Positions 39,407-52,540 of a DNA stretch of 64,000 bases are shown piece after piece. The notes below the pieces were generated by a model. The model did no database searches, was not told where the DNA came from, and was given only the letters and a program-made list of their open reading frames with translations. The stretch covers positions 58,091,576-58,155,575 of the forward strand of contig NC_068995.1 of NCBI RefSeq assembly GCF_001194135.2, in the 5' to 3' direction. Origin of the DNA: Octopus bimaculoides (lineage: Eukaryota). The translations under genes were made by a program, and so were the position numbers. The first letter of the stretch is position 1. Every line of letters begins with the position of its first letter.

Positions 39407-40544
39407 GTTAGTAAAACATTGGTTGTTTTATGATAGTAGCTGCTGCTATTGTTGTTGTTGTTGTTGTTGTTGTTGCCAGTACATGTAGCTGTTCCTGTTG
39501 TTTGAAGCCACAGGTCACCTCTGATGGAAGATTCCTATTGTCAAAAACACATCAGCCTTGACTACCAGGTCTTCAATTCAAACAATGTGCATCAATGCCT
39601 ATAGAGGTACGGTTTGTCATTCATCTTTCATTTGTTTCAGTCATTGAACTGTGACCATGCTGGGGCATCACCTTGAAAGCTTTAGTCAAACAAATCGATA
39701 TCAGTATTATTTTTCAAGCTTGATACTTATTCTATTGGTTACTTTTGCTGTATTGCTAAGTCACAGGGCCCTAAATAAACCAAGTGGTGGGAACAAACAC
39801 AAACACACACACACAGAGGGCTTCCACATTGATTCTGTCTACCAAATTCTCTGACAAGACTTTAGTTGGCCCAGGGCTATAATAGATATATACTTTAGTA
39901 GGTATATATACTATATATATATGTATAGTATATTCACCGATCCCTTGAGAGGGGAGGGGTATTGGAGGAGGTGATATTGTGTCAGATGATGAAAGGTTAG
40001 AGGGTGACGGAGAGACAGATGCAGGTGTGTCGCTGTATTGGAGAGACATGGTTAACCAGTCAGAGGGAAGAGCAAGAGAGGGAGAGAGGGTGGAAGAGTG
40101 CATGAGAAAGCAGGAGGAGAGATGGTGGCGAAGTGCCGGGGGAGGGGGAGCGGTCAGAATATAAATGGGATGGTAGAGCAAAGGAAGGGAGTTAGATGGT
40201 GGTAAGTGGCAAGGGGCATACCCTCAGGGTAAAGAGGTCGTAATAAGTGGCAGGATATCACCAAAGAAGTGCAAATAGGGAGTAGGGGCAGGGGATACAG
40301 TGACTGGTGAAAACCTGGGGGACAGCAATAATACAGTGAACAGGGCGCAGTGGGGACAAGATTGGTGAGTGAGAGATAAGCATAAGGCATGAAAGAGGAA
40401 ATGTGAGATAGAGAAGAGGAGATGTAGTATGGTTTGTTGGNNNNNNNNNNNNNNNNNNNNNNNNNNNNNNNNNNNGGGGGGGGGGGGTTTCTTGTTACAT
40501 GTGGTTAAAACACACAACATTTCTAGAACCCAGTTTCACTGATG

Positions 40545-41215
40545 TAGGTGGGTCTTCTCAAGAACCTTATATCTTGCCAGACATCTCAGTCCATTGGCAT
40601 TTCCTCTGAGATCCGTCCTCACCACCTCATCCCATGTCTTCCTCTTCCACAGCTACCATCCACTTCCAGTGACCACCACTTCTTTATACAACTCTCTTCT
40701 TTCATACGCATCACATGTTCAAACCAATGTAGTCTTCTTCTCTTACATGCTGCATTTGATTCCTCTTATGCCCATCTTTTCTCTCAATATATTTGCACTT
40801 TGTTGTACATGCACACTGATGTTGCACATCTAACAGAGTATGCTGCCTTCATTCCTCTTTAGTCTACACATGTCTTCTGCACTCAGAGCCCATTTCTCAC
40901 TACCATGTAGCATAGATGTTCACACACAAGCCATCATACACTCTACCTTTCACTTCTTTTGTTACCAAGGTAATAGCTCTCTGGACTTCCTCCATTCTGT
41001 TCTTATTCTTGAAACAATACTCCACCATTGCTAATTTGTTCAGCTAGTTAACAGAAACTATTTACAACCTCAAGATTGGCTCCGGGGTATTTGAGAGAGT
41101 CTAAGTCCTGTGTATCCTTAGTGCTTATTGTTCCTGCAAATCTACCACAGCAAAAATTTTTGATTTTGCACATGTGCATTGTTTGTTCTTGATTTTGTTG
41201 ACTACACAGTATAGT
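40545..41215 (-). mobile_element. RTE LINE fragment, inverted relative to 41656-43495
   Basis: Reverse complement matches the LEVVNSF ... GRPRKTWDEVV region of the family. Confidence 0.8.
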
Positions 41216-41219
41216 AGGG

Positions 41220-41650
41220 TCATTTGGGCACCGTCTGTGAGAAAAATGGCACCATGACACAATTCACTCAGCCAGAAATTTGGAAACATGTATTGCTTGT
41301 CATTCATGCCAGACACTCCAATACAAACATTTCAGAGTGTTGTATTGGTGTTGCAAGGAGTTTTGTTGGCCTCTCGTTTAACTGCACCCCACACATAATA
41401 ATCAAGTTGAACTCTGGGGAGTTAGGTGGCCAGATGTTAGGGGTGGTGTGCCTGACAGCCATGACTGGGTTCTGCTGCTTGCGTGGCATGGTGCAGAGTT
41501 GCCTGACACGGGGTCTTCCAGCAGCCACCCTCTTGACCCAGGGTAGCACTACCTCCTCCAGGCACTTGATGTAGGCCTCTGTGTTGAGTCTGAGGCTGCT
41601 TGGGAAGATCAATGGAGGCATAACATCACTATCACTAATGATCACTCCAA
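41220..41650 (-). mobile_element. maT/mariner transposase fragment
   Basis: ORF 41304-41645: DVMPPLIFP...LNTEAYIKCLEEVVLPWV...WPPNSPEFN. Confidence 0.8.
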
Positions 41651-41655
41651 CACCA

Positions 41656-43495
41656 GAGAGTCTGCTTAGATGAGATGCAGTTTGGTTTTGTGCCAGGTAA
41701 AACCACCACTGATGCTATGTTACTGGTACAGCAACTGCAGGAGAAATACCTAGCCAAAGATAAACCGCTATACTTGGCTTTTGTTGACTTGGAGAAAGCC
41801 TTTGTCAGGGTCCCCTGATCCCTTATCTGGTGGGCAATGCAGACACTAGGATTGATGAGTGGTTATTATGAGCTGTACAGGGATGCTGTTAGTAAGGTAA
41901 GGGTCGGCAATGAGTATAGTGAAGAGTTGCAGGTAAAAGTAAGGGTTCACCAAGGATCAGGACTCAGCCCCCTCTTATTCATCATAGTCCTCCAGACAAT
42001 TAACAGAGGAATTCAAGACAGGTTGCCCCTGGGATATCCTCTAAGCTGATGACCTTGCTCTCATAGCAGAATCACTACCAGAACCACAGAAGAAATTTCA
42101 GGTGTGGAAGCAAGGTTTAGAATCAAAGGGCGTTAGAATCAATGTTGCAAAAACCAAAGTCTTAGTAAGTAGGAAGGCGAACACATTACAAATCCCTTCA
42201 GGTAGATGGCCCTGCTCGATCTGTAGAAAAGGTGTAGGTAGAAACTCCATAAGATGTATCCAGTGTAAGCTATGGATGCATAACAGGTGCAGCAACATCA
42301 AAGGAAGATTAACCGAGAAGATAGCTTTCATGTGCGGCAGATGCACAGGGGTAATAAACACCAAAGATGCTCAGAAAATGGATTCCATCACATACCAGGG
42401 AGAGAAACTAGAAGTAGTTGATAGCTTCCACTACCTAGGTGACCAAGTCAGTAGTGGGGGGGGGGGATTCTCAAAGAGCATTGCCACTAGAATAAGAATA
42501 GCTCCCACCTCTACTGGTGACAAAGGGCATCTCGCTCAGAGTGAAGGTTAGATTGTATGATGCATGTGTGCAAACTGTCATGCTACACAGCAGTGAAACA
42601 TGGACCATGACTGCTGAAGACATGCGTAGGCTTGAAAGAAATGAAGCTAGCATGATCCGCTGGATGTTTAATGTCAGTGTGCACACACTACAGAGTGTAA
42701 GCGCCCTGAGAGAAATGTTGGACATAAGAAGTATCAGATGTGATGTGCAAGAGAGACAACTGCACTGGTATGGTCATGTGCTATGTATGGATGAAGAGAG
42801 CTGTGTGAAGAAGTCTCACACCCTAACAGTGGAGGGAACTCGTGGAAGAGGTAAACCCAGGAAGACCTGGGATGAGGTGGTGAAGTATGACCTTCGGATG
42901 GTGGGCTTCACTGAGGCAATGACAAAAGACCGAGACCTCTGGAGACATGCTGTGACTGTGAAGACCCAGCAAGGAAAGTGAGATCCCAGCTGTAGCCTAC
43001 ACCAGTGTCGCATAACCAGCCCATTTAAAAAGTACCTTTGAATCGCTGGGTGATATGCGTGCTTGAGGAGACCTATTGAGTCAAGTAAATCAAAATGAAA
43101 TCAAATCACAATCAAATAGAAATTGTAGTTGTTGTCGATACCAGAGCTGCCTGACTGGCTCCCGTGCTGGTGGCACACAATAAGCACCATTTATGTGTGG
43201 GTCATTGCCAGTGCCACCTGACTGGTTCTTGTGCCGGTGGCATATAAAAAGCACCATCCGAATGTGACCGATACCAGTGCCGCCTGACTGACTCCCGTGC
43301 TGGTGACACGTAAAAAGCACCCACTACACTCTGGGAGTGGTTGGCGTTAGAACGGGCATCCAACTGTAGAAACATTGCCAGATCAGATTGGAGCCTGTTT
43401 GTTGTAGCCTCTTGGCTTGCCAGTCTCCAGTCAAACCGTCCAATCCATGCCAGCATGGAAACCTGATACTAAACGACGATGATGATGATGATGAT
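41656..43495 (+). mobile_element. 5'-truncated RTE LINE with 3' UTR and (GAT)n tail
   Basis: FVDLEKAF, VHQGSGLSPLLF, FHYLGDQV and GKPRKTWDEVV motifs. Confidence 0.92.
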
Positions 43496-44506
43496 GTATG
43501 TATGTGTGCGTGTGTGTGTGCATTTATATATATGCATGTACTTAAAAAGTGGTTGGTTATGGTTGGGCAGGGTGTGACAATTGGTTTTGCACTGATAAGG
43601 TTCTTAGCAATTTAGGTGACTTATCATTTTCTCTCTTTCTGAAATCATTACATTGCAAGTATTGCATCATCATTTTCTACTGTTGTATCACTTTAGGAGC
43701 AAAAATTGGTCAGTATAGTTGTAGTTGTTGAATTTGAGAGAGTTTGGAACACAGCCAGATGACAGGTACCTTTTTTTCATGAAATTCTTCCTCAAATTTG
43801 ATCCAATTGTAATTGAAGCTATTAAAATATCTGGATAATTTTTGTTGTTTAACAATTAATATTCTATTCTCTTTTGGATTCCAAGTCAATTTTTTCCCAC
43901 ACTAATATATAATTTTGTAAGTTTCGATTTTCAAAAGAGACGTCTGAAATGGGGTAGAATGAGTAATGACAAATTTTAATAATTTTTTCTCTTTAACTGC
44001 ATGATGTGTAAATATATCAGGAAAGCTACTCCAACAGATTGTGTTGAAGCTATAGAAAATATTTTATGCTGGGTTTTTTGATTTAGTTGATTTTGGTTAA
44101 GTTTATATCATGTGCCATTTTTCCATGATCCTCTTACATTTAACCTAGATTTAAAAAATTTTTTGTTTCATTTCTGATCTTTCTGATGTCTAAGGATGGA
44201 TATCGATATATATGAATCTATTTTCAAATGTAAATCTGCAGAATTAAAGAGGCAAATTTACCTTGTCTAGGCTTACTCATTCTGCTCCAGCTAAAATTTT
44301 TTTTTATATGCTCAAAAAGAATGAAGATAATTTTCTGAAATAGTGTTCTAAAGATGTTATAGTATTTAGAGAAGGTCATTTGCTTAGCTGATAAAGTTTT
44401 TGAAAGGTTGTGAACATTTGTAAAAAGTGTATTTTTTCTTAAAGTCAAAAATACTGTAAAAATTCCTCATTATGCCTCCTCCCATGTGTGTGTGTGNNNN
44501 NNNNNN

Positions 44507-44557
<51 letters not shown>

Positions 44558-45380
44558 ACATTATACATGTCCTATGTGTCTTTTCTATTTCAGGGTTTAA
44601 GTTAAGGGAATTAGGCTGCTTTTTCTAGCACACGGAACTGCTGCGTGGAGCTTCAATCTTTGGCTTGAATTGGTACAACACTCGACTAAATGTTTGCTAG
44701 AGTTTAGCTTTTGCTCCTCTAGCATCAATCGATTCTGTTATTCTCCTAAGCTTGTTGCCCTTCTAGCTAGTCAAAAAGAAATCGATATTTCTCGGTATCA
44801 CTATTGCTCAAACTGTGAAGACAGGAGAACTTTTTGGATTTAGTTTCGACTCAGCAAGAAGTCGATAATGGAAGGGAAATAACTCTTCATCAATCAACCA
44901 ATGCAGCTGTTTACTCTTATCTGAAACCTTTTTAAATCATGTTATACTCTTCAAGAGGAAACTTGATTCACAGAAAATTTATCTATATGCTAATGATATG
45001 TCGATGATTGTTTTTACGTCAAGTTATATGTAAAACAGCGATTTAATATTAAACTGAAGAATTACTCAACAATTTTCCGTAGAGTATATGTTTATTATCT
45101 TTTTCAAGTGAGGAGGTGATAGCAACTTTGAAGTTTCCACCCTGCTAACTTTCACCAGACAGCTGCTGCTGATCACACACACACACACACACACACACAA
45201 TCATCATCATCATACAATGTCCATATTTAGGGCGTTCAAAAAGTCTCTCCGCAGTAAATATTTTTATGCAAAATAAATATTTATAAGGTGGTATAAGACA
45301 ACAAAAGAATATATTAGACTTTACAAGACTTTAAAAAACTTTATAAGAGGTGATGAAAGTGTCGTCCTTCATTTATAACG

Positions 45381-45412
<32 letters not shown>

Positions 45413-46176
45413 GAAATTTAAAGTTAAAGAATGAAGACTTAGAAAGTAGGCATTAAATGCAGTATCCAAACCTTGTTTCAGGGTGAGTCCCAGAGAGTGT
45501 CTGCAGAACATGCTCACCAATTATGGCTACTAGGCATCATTAGTGATACTTTGCATTCATCGTTGGATCTATATCCAGAAATTCATGGGTGCATATAGAG
45601 TATATTTCAAAGATTAATAGATAAAGATGGAGTGTAACAAAAAAACATTTATTAGCCCCCCAAAATCATTTCAGCTTCATGTTGCACTGCTCCCTAGTCA
45701 GTGTGGGACAATGCAATAATGCCAGATGCAACACACACAGTGCAAAAGAGCCTCTTCAGGTGGTGTAATATGCTTATGAGTTCACAGATTTACATCCCGA
45801 TTTCACTTCAAGGTAAATGGTGCTAGTGAGAGTTTTTAGCAGTTTGGATGCATTTGTGCTAGGGTGGATTTGGTTAAAAAGAAAATACCATAAAAACACA
45901 AATCATTTAACATGAATCAGGTGTGGGTGTGAATACTTGTGGTCATGGTGTTATTGTTGAAAGTAAAAGATAAAAATAAGAAAATGTGAAGAATTTAGTA
46001 TATAAGGAGGGGCCCAGTGTGTGTAATCCTTTGATTTCTGGTGGGTAAGGCAGTCATGCATGACGCCATTGTCAGATTCAGGCCTTTTGACTGTTAACAT
46101 GCAGCTTGAAGTTGAAACAATTGTTGTGCTAATAAATGTTTTTTGCTATACTCTGTCTTGTCCATTAATCTTTAAA

Positions 46177-46239
<63 letters not shown>

Positions 46240-46442
46240 TGTGTCTTTGTATCTGTGCTTGTCCTCCATCACCCCTTGACAACTGGTGTTGGTATCATAA
46301 CTTAGTTGTTCAGGAAAAGAGACTAATAAAATGTATGAGGCTTAAACAAGAAAAAAAAAAGTAATGGGGTCAATTCATTTGACTAAAAGAAGGTCTTGTT
46401 TTTTTTTTATTCCTGTCATCTGAACTTTTAATTTCTTTCCAG

Positions 46443-46531
46443 ACTACTTGTGCTGTTTACCCTGGATCAAGTGGAGGTGCAGTTATGTCAAAATCTGGAA
46501 ATATTGTTGGAATGGCATGCTCTACTGTCAA
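46443..46531 (+). CDS. TYSND1: TYSND1 coding exon 6 (catalytic Ser, GSSGG)
   Basis: Acceptor tttctttccAG ends at 46442; TTCAVYPGSSGGAVMSKSGNIVGM; donor GTATGT at 46532; phases 0/2. Not in the ORF track. Confidence 0.93.
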
Positions 46532-46780
46532 GTATGTAATTACTACTATTTGCTAAAATTCTTGACTTTACTATCAAAATGTGAACATTGTCTCCCAGAA
46601 ATATTAGCTTCTGCTTAATGTCACACTAGTTTTCTTTTTTCTTTCTCTTTATTTTAGTGCTAGGTTCATCATCATCATTCTTTTAAGTTTGCTTTTCTGT
46701 GCTGGTATAGGTTAGATAGATTTTCTGAGGATATGTTTTTATAGCTTTTCTTGTCATCAACTCTTCTAGTTGCCCTTTAT

Positions 46781-46998
46781 CCCTTTGGATACCAACCTAC
46801 CTGAGGTCACCTATGGTTTTATGATACAAACGTTCTCTTCAAAAGTGACCGAAATAAAAATTTTCCGTCAAAATTTCATGTTAATTTATGCTTCAAGCAT
46901 CAACTTAATAATGACAAGGTTATTTAAATTTTTCAATATTTCCAAAATAGATTGAAACAAAGAGAGTGTATTTCAACAGAACTAAGGCAACAAAAGGG
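46781..46998. mobile_element. piggyBac-like MITE
   Basis: ttat|ccctttg ... caaaaggg|taaa. Confidence 0.55.
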
Positions 46999-47685
46999 TA
47001 AAGACATGTCAGGACATAGTGTTACCACTTCTAAAGTTGGAAGATACTCTTTTCTAGAATAGGTACATATAGAAATAGGTGCCTATATACTGTATTTTAC
47101 AACACACATATTGAATTTGTCAGACCAAAATTTACATCTAAAAACGGTAGGTTGACATATATATCCTTAGATGGCTTCAGAAAATCAAAAATTCCATTTG
47201 AAATGCAGCAGGATTTGGGGAGACAATAGTGACACTTGAATGTTTGTACTACTTGTTTGCTATACTACATACTATGTTGGCTTGTATGCTGGGAAATAAA
47301 GTAAATAGGTACATATAGAGAAATCAACATCACTGTCATAATCATCATCATCATTTAATTACCATTTTCTATGCTGGCAATGGGTGGATGATTATTCAAC
47401 AGGAGCTAATGAACCAAAAGACTGTGCCAAGCTTCAATATCTACATTGGATGTGGTTCCTATGGCTGGATGCCCTTCCTAATGCCAACCACTTTACAGAA
47501 TGCTTTTTACATGGCACCAGGATTAGTTGTTTTGCAAGTAACTTGCAAGACAAGACCCCCCCCCCTCAGCTAAGGGAGTTTAGTATAGAGGGAGTTGATT
47601 CTATGTTGGGTGAAGAGAAGATAAAGCATGATAGAAAGACAGGTTCAGGTGTCTTGTTGCAAGGAGATACATGGTTAACCTTGTT

Positions 47686-47721
<36 letters not shown>

Positions 47722-48269
47722 GATGGTGGTGGTGCAGGTATGTCAGGGAATACCCTCAATTTACAAGAAGGTGAATATAAGAGAAGTGTGATACAGAGGA
47801 GGATCAGATAGGATGAGTAGATAGGTAAGTGTATTCTTAAGAATGTGGAAGGAGAATGGCAGATGGATAAAGGAGAATGTAGTTAGTGGTGAATATATGG
47901 GTGAAAGGTTTCGATCAATCTTGAATATCAGTTGAAAGAGCAGGAGTAGATCAGGAAGGTAACAGGTTGCTGCAAAAATAATGTGAAGCATGTAGAGTGG
48001 GATGTGAGAGAGGTGAGTCAAGGATGAAATCAGAGGTATAGAAAGGTGGGAATAGTAGGAGTTGGACATCAGCTTGGGGTCTGTAAAATAAATTACTACT
48101 ACAAGTTATTATTGTTGTCATTAAGCCCCAAGTTAACCCTGACTAAGCAGCCTTATGATGAAAGACATTCCAACTGCAAGCAGCTCGTTGTTTTGTATAT
48201 CTTCAATAACATTGTATCCTTTTTTTTAAAAATGGCATGGTATGATTTAAGGAAAATCATCATCATCAT

Positions 48270-48570
48270 CATCATCATCGTTTAACGTCCGCTTTCCATA
48301 CTAGCATGGGTTGGACGATTTGACTGAGGACTGGTGAAACCGGATGGCAACACCAGGCTCCAATCTAATTTGGCAGAGTTTCTACGGCTGGATGCCCTTC
48401 CTAACGCCAACCACTCAGAGAGTGTAGTGGGTGCTTTTACATGTCACCCGCACGAGGGCCAGTCAGGCGGCACTGGCAACGGCCACGCTCAAAATGGTGT
48501 CTTTTATGTGCCACCCGCACAAGAGCCAGTCCAGGGGCACTGGCAACAATCTCGCTCGAAAATCCTATGG
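48270..48570 (-). mobile_element. RTE-family 3'-end copy
   Basis: Near-identical to 3074-3350. Confidence 0.8.
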
Positions 48571-48984
48571 TGGCTATCTAATAGGTAGCTACCATATATA
48601 GCTCTCTCACTGGCTCTACTACTACTACTACTAATAATAATAATAATAATAATGATAATAATAAAATAATGATAATCCTTTCTAATATAGACACTAGGCC
48701 TGAAATTTGGGGGAGGGGGACAGTTGATTACATTGACCCCACTACTCAACTGGTACTTATTTTATCGACCTCAAAAGGATGAAAGACAAAGTCGACCTCA
48801 GCAGAATTTGGACTGAGAACATAAAAACATAAAATGTCATCAAGCATTTTGCCTGGTGTGTGCTAACAATTCTGCCAGCTCACCACAATAATAATAATAG
48901 TAATATTTCAAAAGGATTGATGTAATTCTTCAGAAAAGTAAACAGACAAGACAAAAAGTGTGATGCAATAGCATTAGATATTTT

Positions 48985-49445
48985 GTTGGTTGAACGATAT
49001 TCCAACAGCAAGCCTGTCTTTGTCAAGCTCAAAATAGAAAGGGATAAAAATTCAAAATTATAGAAATTCAAATTTAAATTATGAATGAGAGGAACTAACA
49101 TCCACATGTTGATCAGATGACATTATTAGTCTTTAAGTTTCAGTTTTATAACAGGTGAAAAGAAAAAGACGGAACAAAAGACAGGAAAAAGAGAAAAACA
49201 GAATAAAGACAGAAAAAAGAGGAAAGAAAAAAGAATACTTAATTAAACAGTTTTGTGTAAATTTGATGATATTCTCCTGTCATTTTATTCATTTCTCCAG
49301 GGCATGATGTTAATAACCCACAAACATATTTCTCCTCATGCATTTTGAGTAGGGAAAGTGAAGTAGATTCAGAATATTTTCGGAGAATGTGCACTTTGAA
49401 GTCTTTTTCAAAATTGCATCCATTTGAAGCAAAATGTTCAGCAAA
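48985..49445 (-). mobile_element. Penelope-like element 3' fragment (GIY-YIG C-terminus plus decayed HHR)
   Basis: AEHF...FEKDFKVHIL...HEEKYVCGLLTSCPGEMN resembles the PLE endonuclease end (E...I..L.T..P.GLN); HHR relic downstream on the same strand. Confidence 0.6.
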
Positions 49446-50109
49446 TTCTGTCGAAGTACTGTGGAGAGAACCTGTAGAAGAGGTATACCCAAGAAGACAT
49501 GGGACAAAGTAGTGAACAATAATCTTCAAACTTTGGATCTCATAGAGGCAATGATTATTGACCAAGACCTTTGGCAATATGTTGTGCTTGAGAAAACCTG
49601 TCAAGCAAGTGAAATTGTAGTCATGGCTGATGCTAGTGTCATGTAACTGGCACCCATAAACAGCACCCTTTGAGCATTAGGTCTCACAGAGGCAAAGTGG
49701 CTGAGCTCCTTTTGAGTGTTGAACCTCATGGAGGCAATGAGTGAAACCTTTGGCATTATGTCATACTTGAGAAGAAGACCCATGAAGACAAACAAAACCA
49801 CAGTCGTGGTAGATACCGGTGTCATGCAAATGGCACCTGTGATGGTGGCAGGTAAAAGTACCCAGCACACTCTCGGAGTGGTTGGCATTAGGAAGGGGAT
49901 CCAGCTGTAGAAACCATGCCAAATCAGACTGGAGTCTGTTGCAACCCTCCAGCTGGCCAGCCCCAGTCAAACTGTCCAACCCATACCAGCATTGACAATG
50001 GATGTTAAAGGTGACAGCTTGGGCAACTTTAGTGAAGACACAATGACAACAAATGAGATGTAATTAATAACTGGGGCCACCTTTTTTTTTTTTTATCTTT
50101 TCTTTTCAG

Positions 50110-50195
50110 AATGATGATTAATCAGGCCCATGTGAGTTTGGTCATTCCAATGACAACATTGAAGGTTATTACTGAACCCTATCTGCAGGATAATG
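50110..50195 (+). CDS. TYSND1: TYSND1 coding exon 7
   Basis: Long pyrimidine tract plus cAG ends at 50109; (K)MMINQAHVSLVIPMTTLKVITEPYLQDN (cf. HLNFSIP..VL....QQY); donor GTATGT at 50196; phases 2/1. Confidence 0.85.
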
Positions 50196-51369
50196 GTATG
50201 TTCCTTTCCCTAATGGATTGTCTGTTTAGTATATGTCTATAGCCTTCAAATTTTCTATCCAGAGGGGTTTTTCAATCCAATATTCACATATTATCATTTA
50301 TTGCTTTAGGGGCCTTGAAGGTCACTATTCCTCCTCTTCCTCCTCCTCATTATCATCATTTAACGTCCATCTTCTATGCTGGTATGGGTTGGATGGTTTG
50401 ACTTGAGCAGGCAAGCTAGTGGACTGCACCAAGCTCTGTTTTGGTATGTTTTTTATAGTTGGATACCCTTCCTAACTTTACAGAGTGGACCGGGTGCTTT
50501 TTATGTGGAACCAGAACTGATGAGATTTGTTTTGCCATGGTTTTTACAGCTGGATGCCCTTCCTAAAACCAACCATTTTACAGAGTAGACTGGGTGCTCT
50601 TGATGTGACACCAGCACTGGCAAGGTCACCAAGTAACTTGCAAGACAAAGATCCTTTGAGTGGGGTTAGGGTTAGAAAGGGGTGGCTTTGTGTCAAGTGA
50701 TGAGAGGCTAGAGTATGATAGAGGGATAGGTGTCTTGTTGCAGAGGAGATACATGGTTACTTCAGTCAGCAGGAGAGGGTGAGAAAGAAAGAGAGTGAGC
50801 AAAGGGCAGAGAGCAAAAGCAAGAGAGAGAGAGAGAGTGAGTGAGAGAGATGATGGTGATGTGCCAAGGCATACTCTCAAGATACAAGGTTGTGAATATA
50901 AATTGAACAGTAGAGGATTGCTCAAGGTGCGTGAGTAGGGAGTTCACATAAATACAAAAAGACTGGGGAATGCAATGGTAGGATGACTGGATAGCAATGA
51001 TATGTTTGATAGCACAGAGAGGACAGAATTGGGCTGCAGGAGTGGTGGGGAGAGAGATAAACATAGTACATGAAGAAGAGATGTAAGACAGAGGAGAAGA
51101 GATGTAAGACAGAGGAGAAGAGATGTAGTTTGGTTTATTTGGGGTGGATGTGAAAAATTTAATGTTACATGTGGGTGGAAAACACAGCACTTTCAGAACT
51201 CAGTTTCACTGAGGTGTGCAGATTTTCTCAAGAACCTCATATCATTAAAAATCTTGGTCCATTGTCATATTCTCCATGAGGTCCAACATCTTGAGCTTGG
51301 CCCTCACTATTTCATTCCATATCTTCCTCTTAAGAATTATATATACATGAACACACACACATATGTAAC

Positions 51370-51551
51370 TCTTTATATATATATAAGAGAGATTGTTTGT
51401 TTGTCTGTTTGTCCTACAAAACATAATTGAGACACCATCTTATTTATAAGTGTGGGTGTTTTGACCACTTTCACACTTTAACTATGGTGATAATAATAAT
51501 GGTTTTACCAAAGCTAAAATTCCAAAATTTTCAAAGAATCGATGCCTTCAA

Positions 51552-51629
<78 letters not shown>

Positions 51630-52540
51630 TCTCTCTCTCCCTCTCTCCCTCTCTCTCATGACTGTCACAAGTAAAATAAAAGAAAATCATTCTGAGATCA
51701 AAACATCCAACTAAAAATTCTTCAAGGTGGTGCCCCAGATTGGCCACAATCTAATGACTGAAACAAGTAAAAAGTGAAATGAAAGAAAAGATAAGAGAAA
51801 AGTATAAGTGTGGGTGTTTTGTCCACTTTCACCAGCAGAGCGGAACTTTAAAGAAATCACACTACTATTTTTTTTTATCTGTCTGTCTCTCTTTCTCTCT
51901 CTCTAAAAGAACACACACGCACACGCATGCACACACACGTGTATATTCATTCATGTTTCAGGTATACCTATTTTTCTAACTTCTCCGTTAAGATATAAAT
52001 ATGCAAATTTCTGTCACATAAGCAGAGACAATGTGACAGTGAACCCATATGCATACAGAAATTCACTGTGAAACGAAAATCATCAACATGCCAAAAAATA
52101 AAGACAACCACACAATACCTTGCCCTGCATTCCTGTAATATAGCATTGGAATTTCAGTAAAAACACTGACACCATTCAACATTGGTAAATTCATTTCACT
52201 ATTATTTACTGATATTTATTATCAAAAAAGTATCTCATAAAAAAGGCTGTCACAAAACGAACACCAAATGCATGACATGCATCAGAAACCGATGAAGAGA
52301 CATGCACATGGCTTGCAGATCAGCGACAGAGAAAAAAAGCTGAAACCGAACATCAATGAAATGCACCACGTGCAGATAGAAAACAAAGAATGGCAGCTCA
52401 ACGTGCAGCAGAAAACAAAGATGAAAGACATGCACAACTTGCAGCTGATCATCTTCAAAAAGCATCAAATCATATGCAAGAAACAAAGCAAGAAGCTGCA
52501 AAAAGACTTGCACATAGCCAACTTCAATTATTACATAGTT
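51370..52540 (+). mobile_element. Helitron 5' end and N-terminal repeat-coding relic
   Basis: 5' tctttatatatatataagagag...gtttgtttgtctgt. The frame at 52286-52530 reads ETDEETCTWLADQRQR...RMAAQRAAENKDERHAQLAAD...ETKQEAAKRLA, similar to Helitron Rep N-terminal ET.E.R..RL repeats. Confidence 0.55.
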
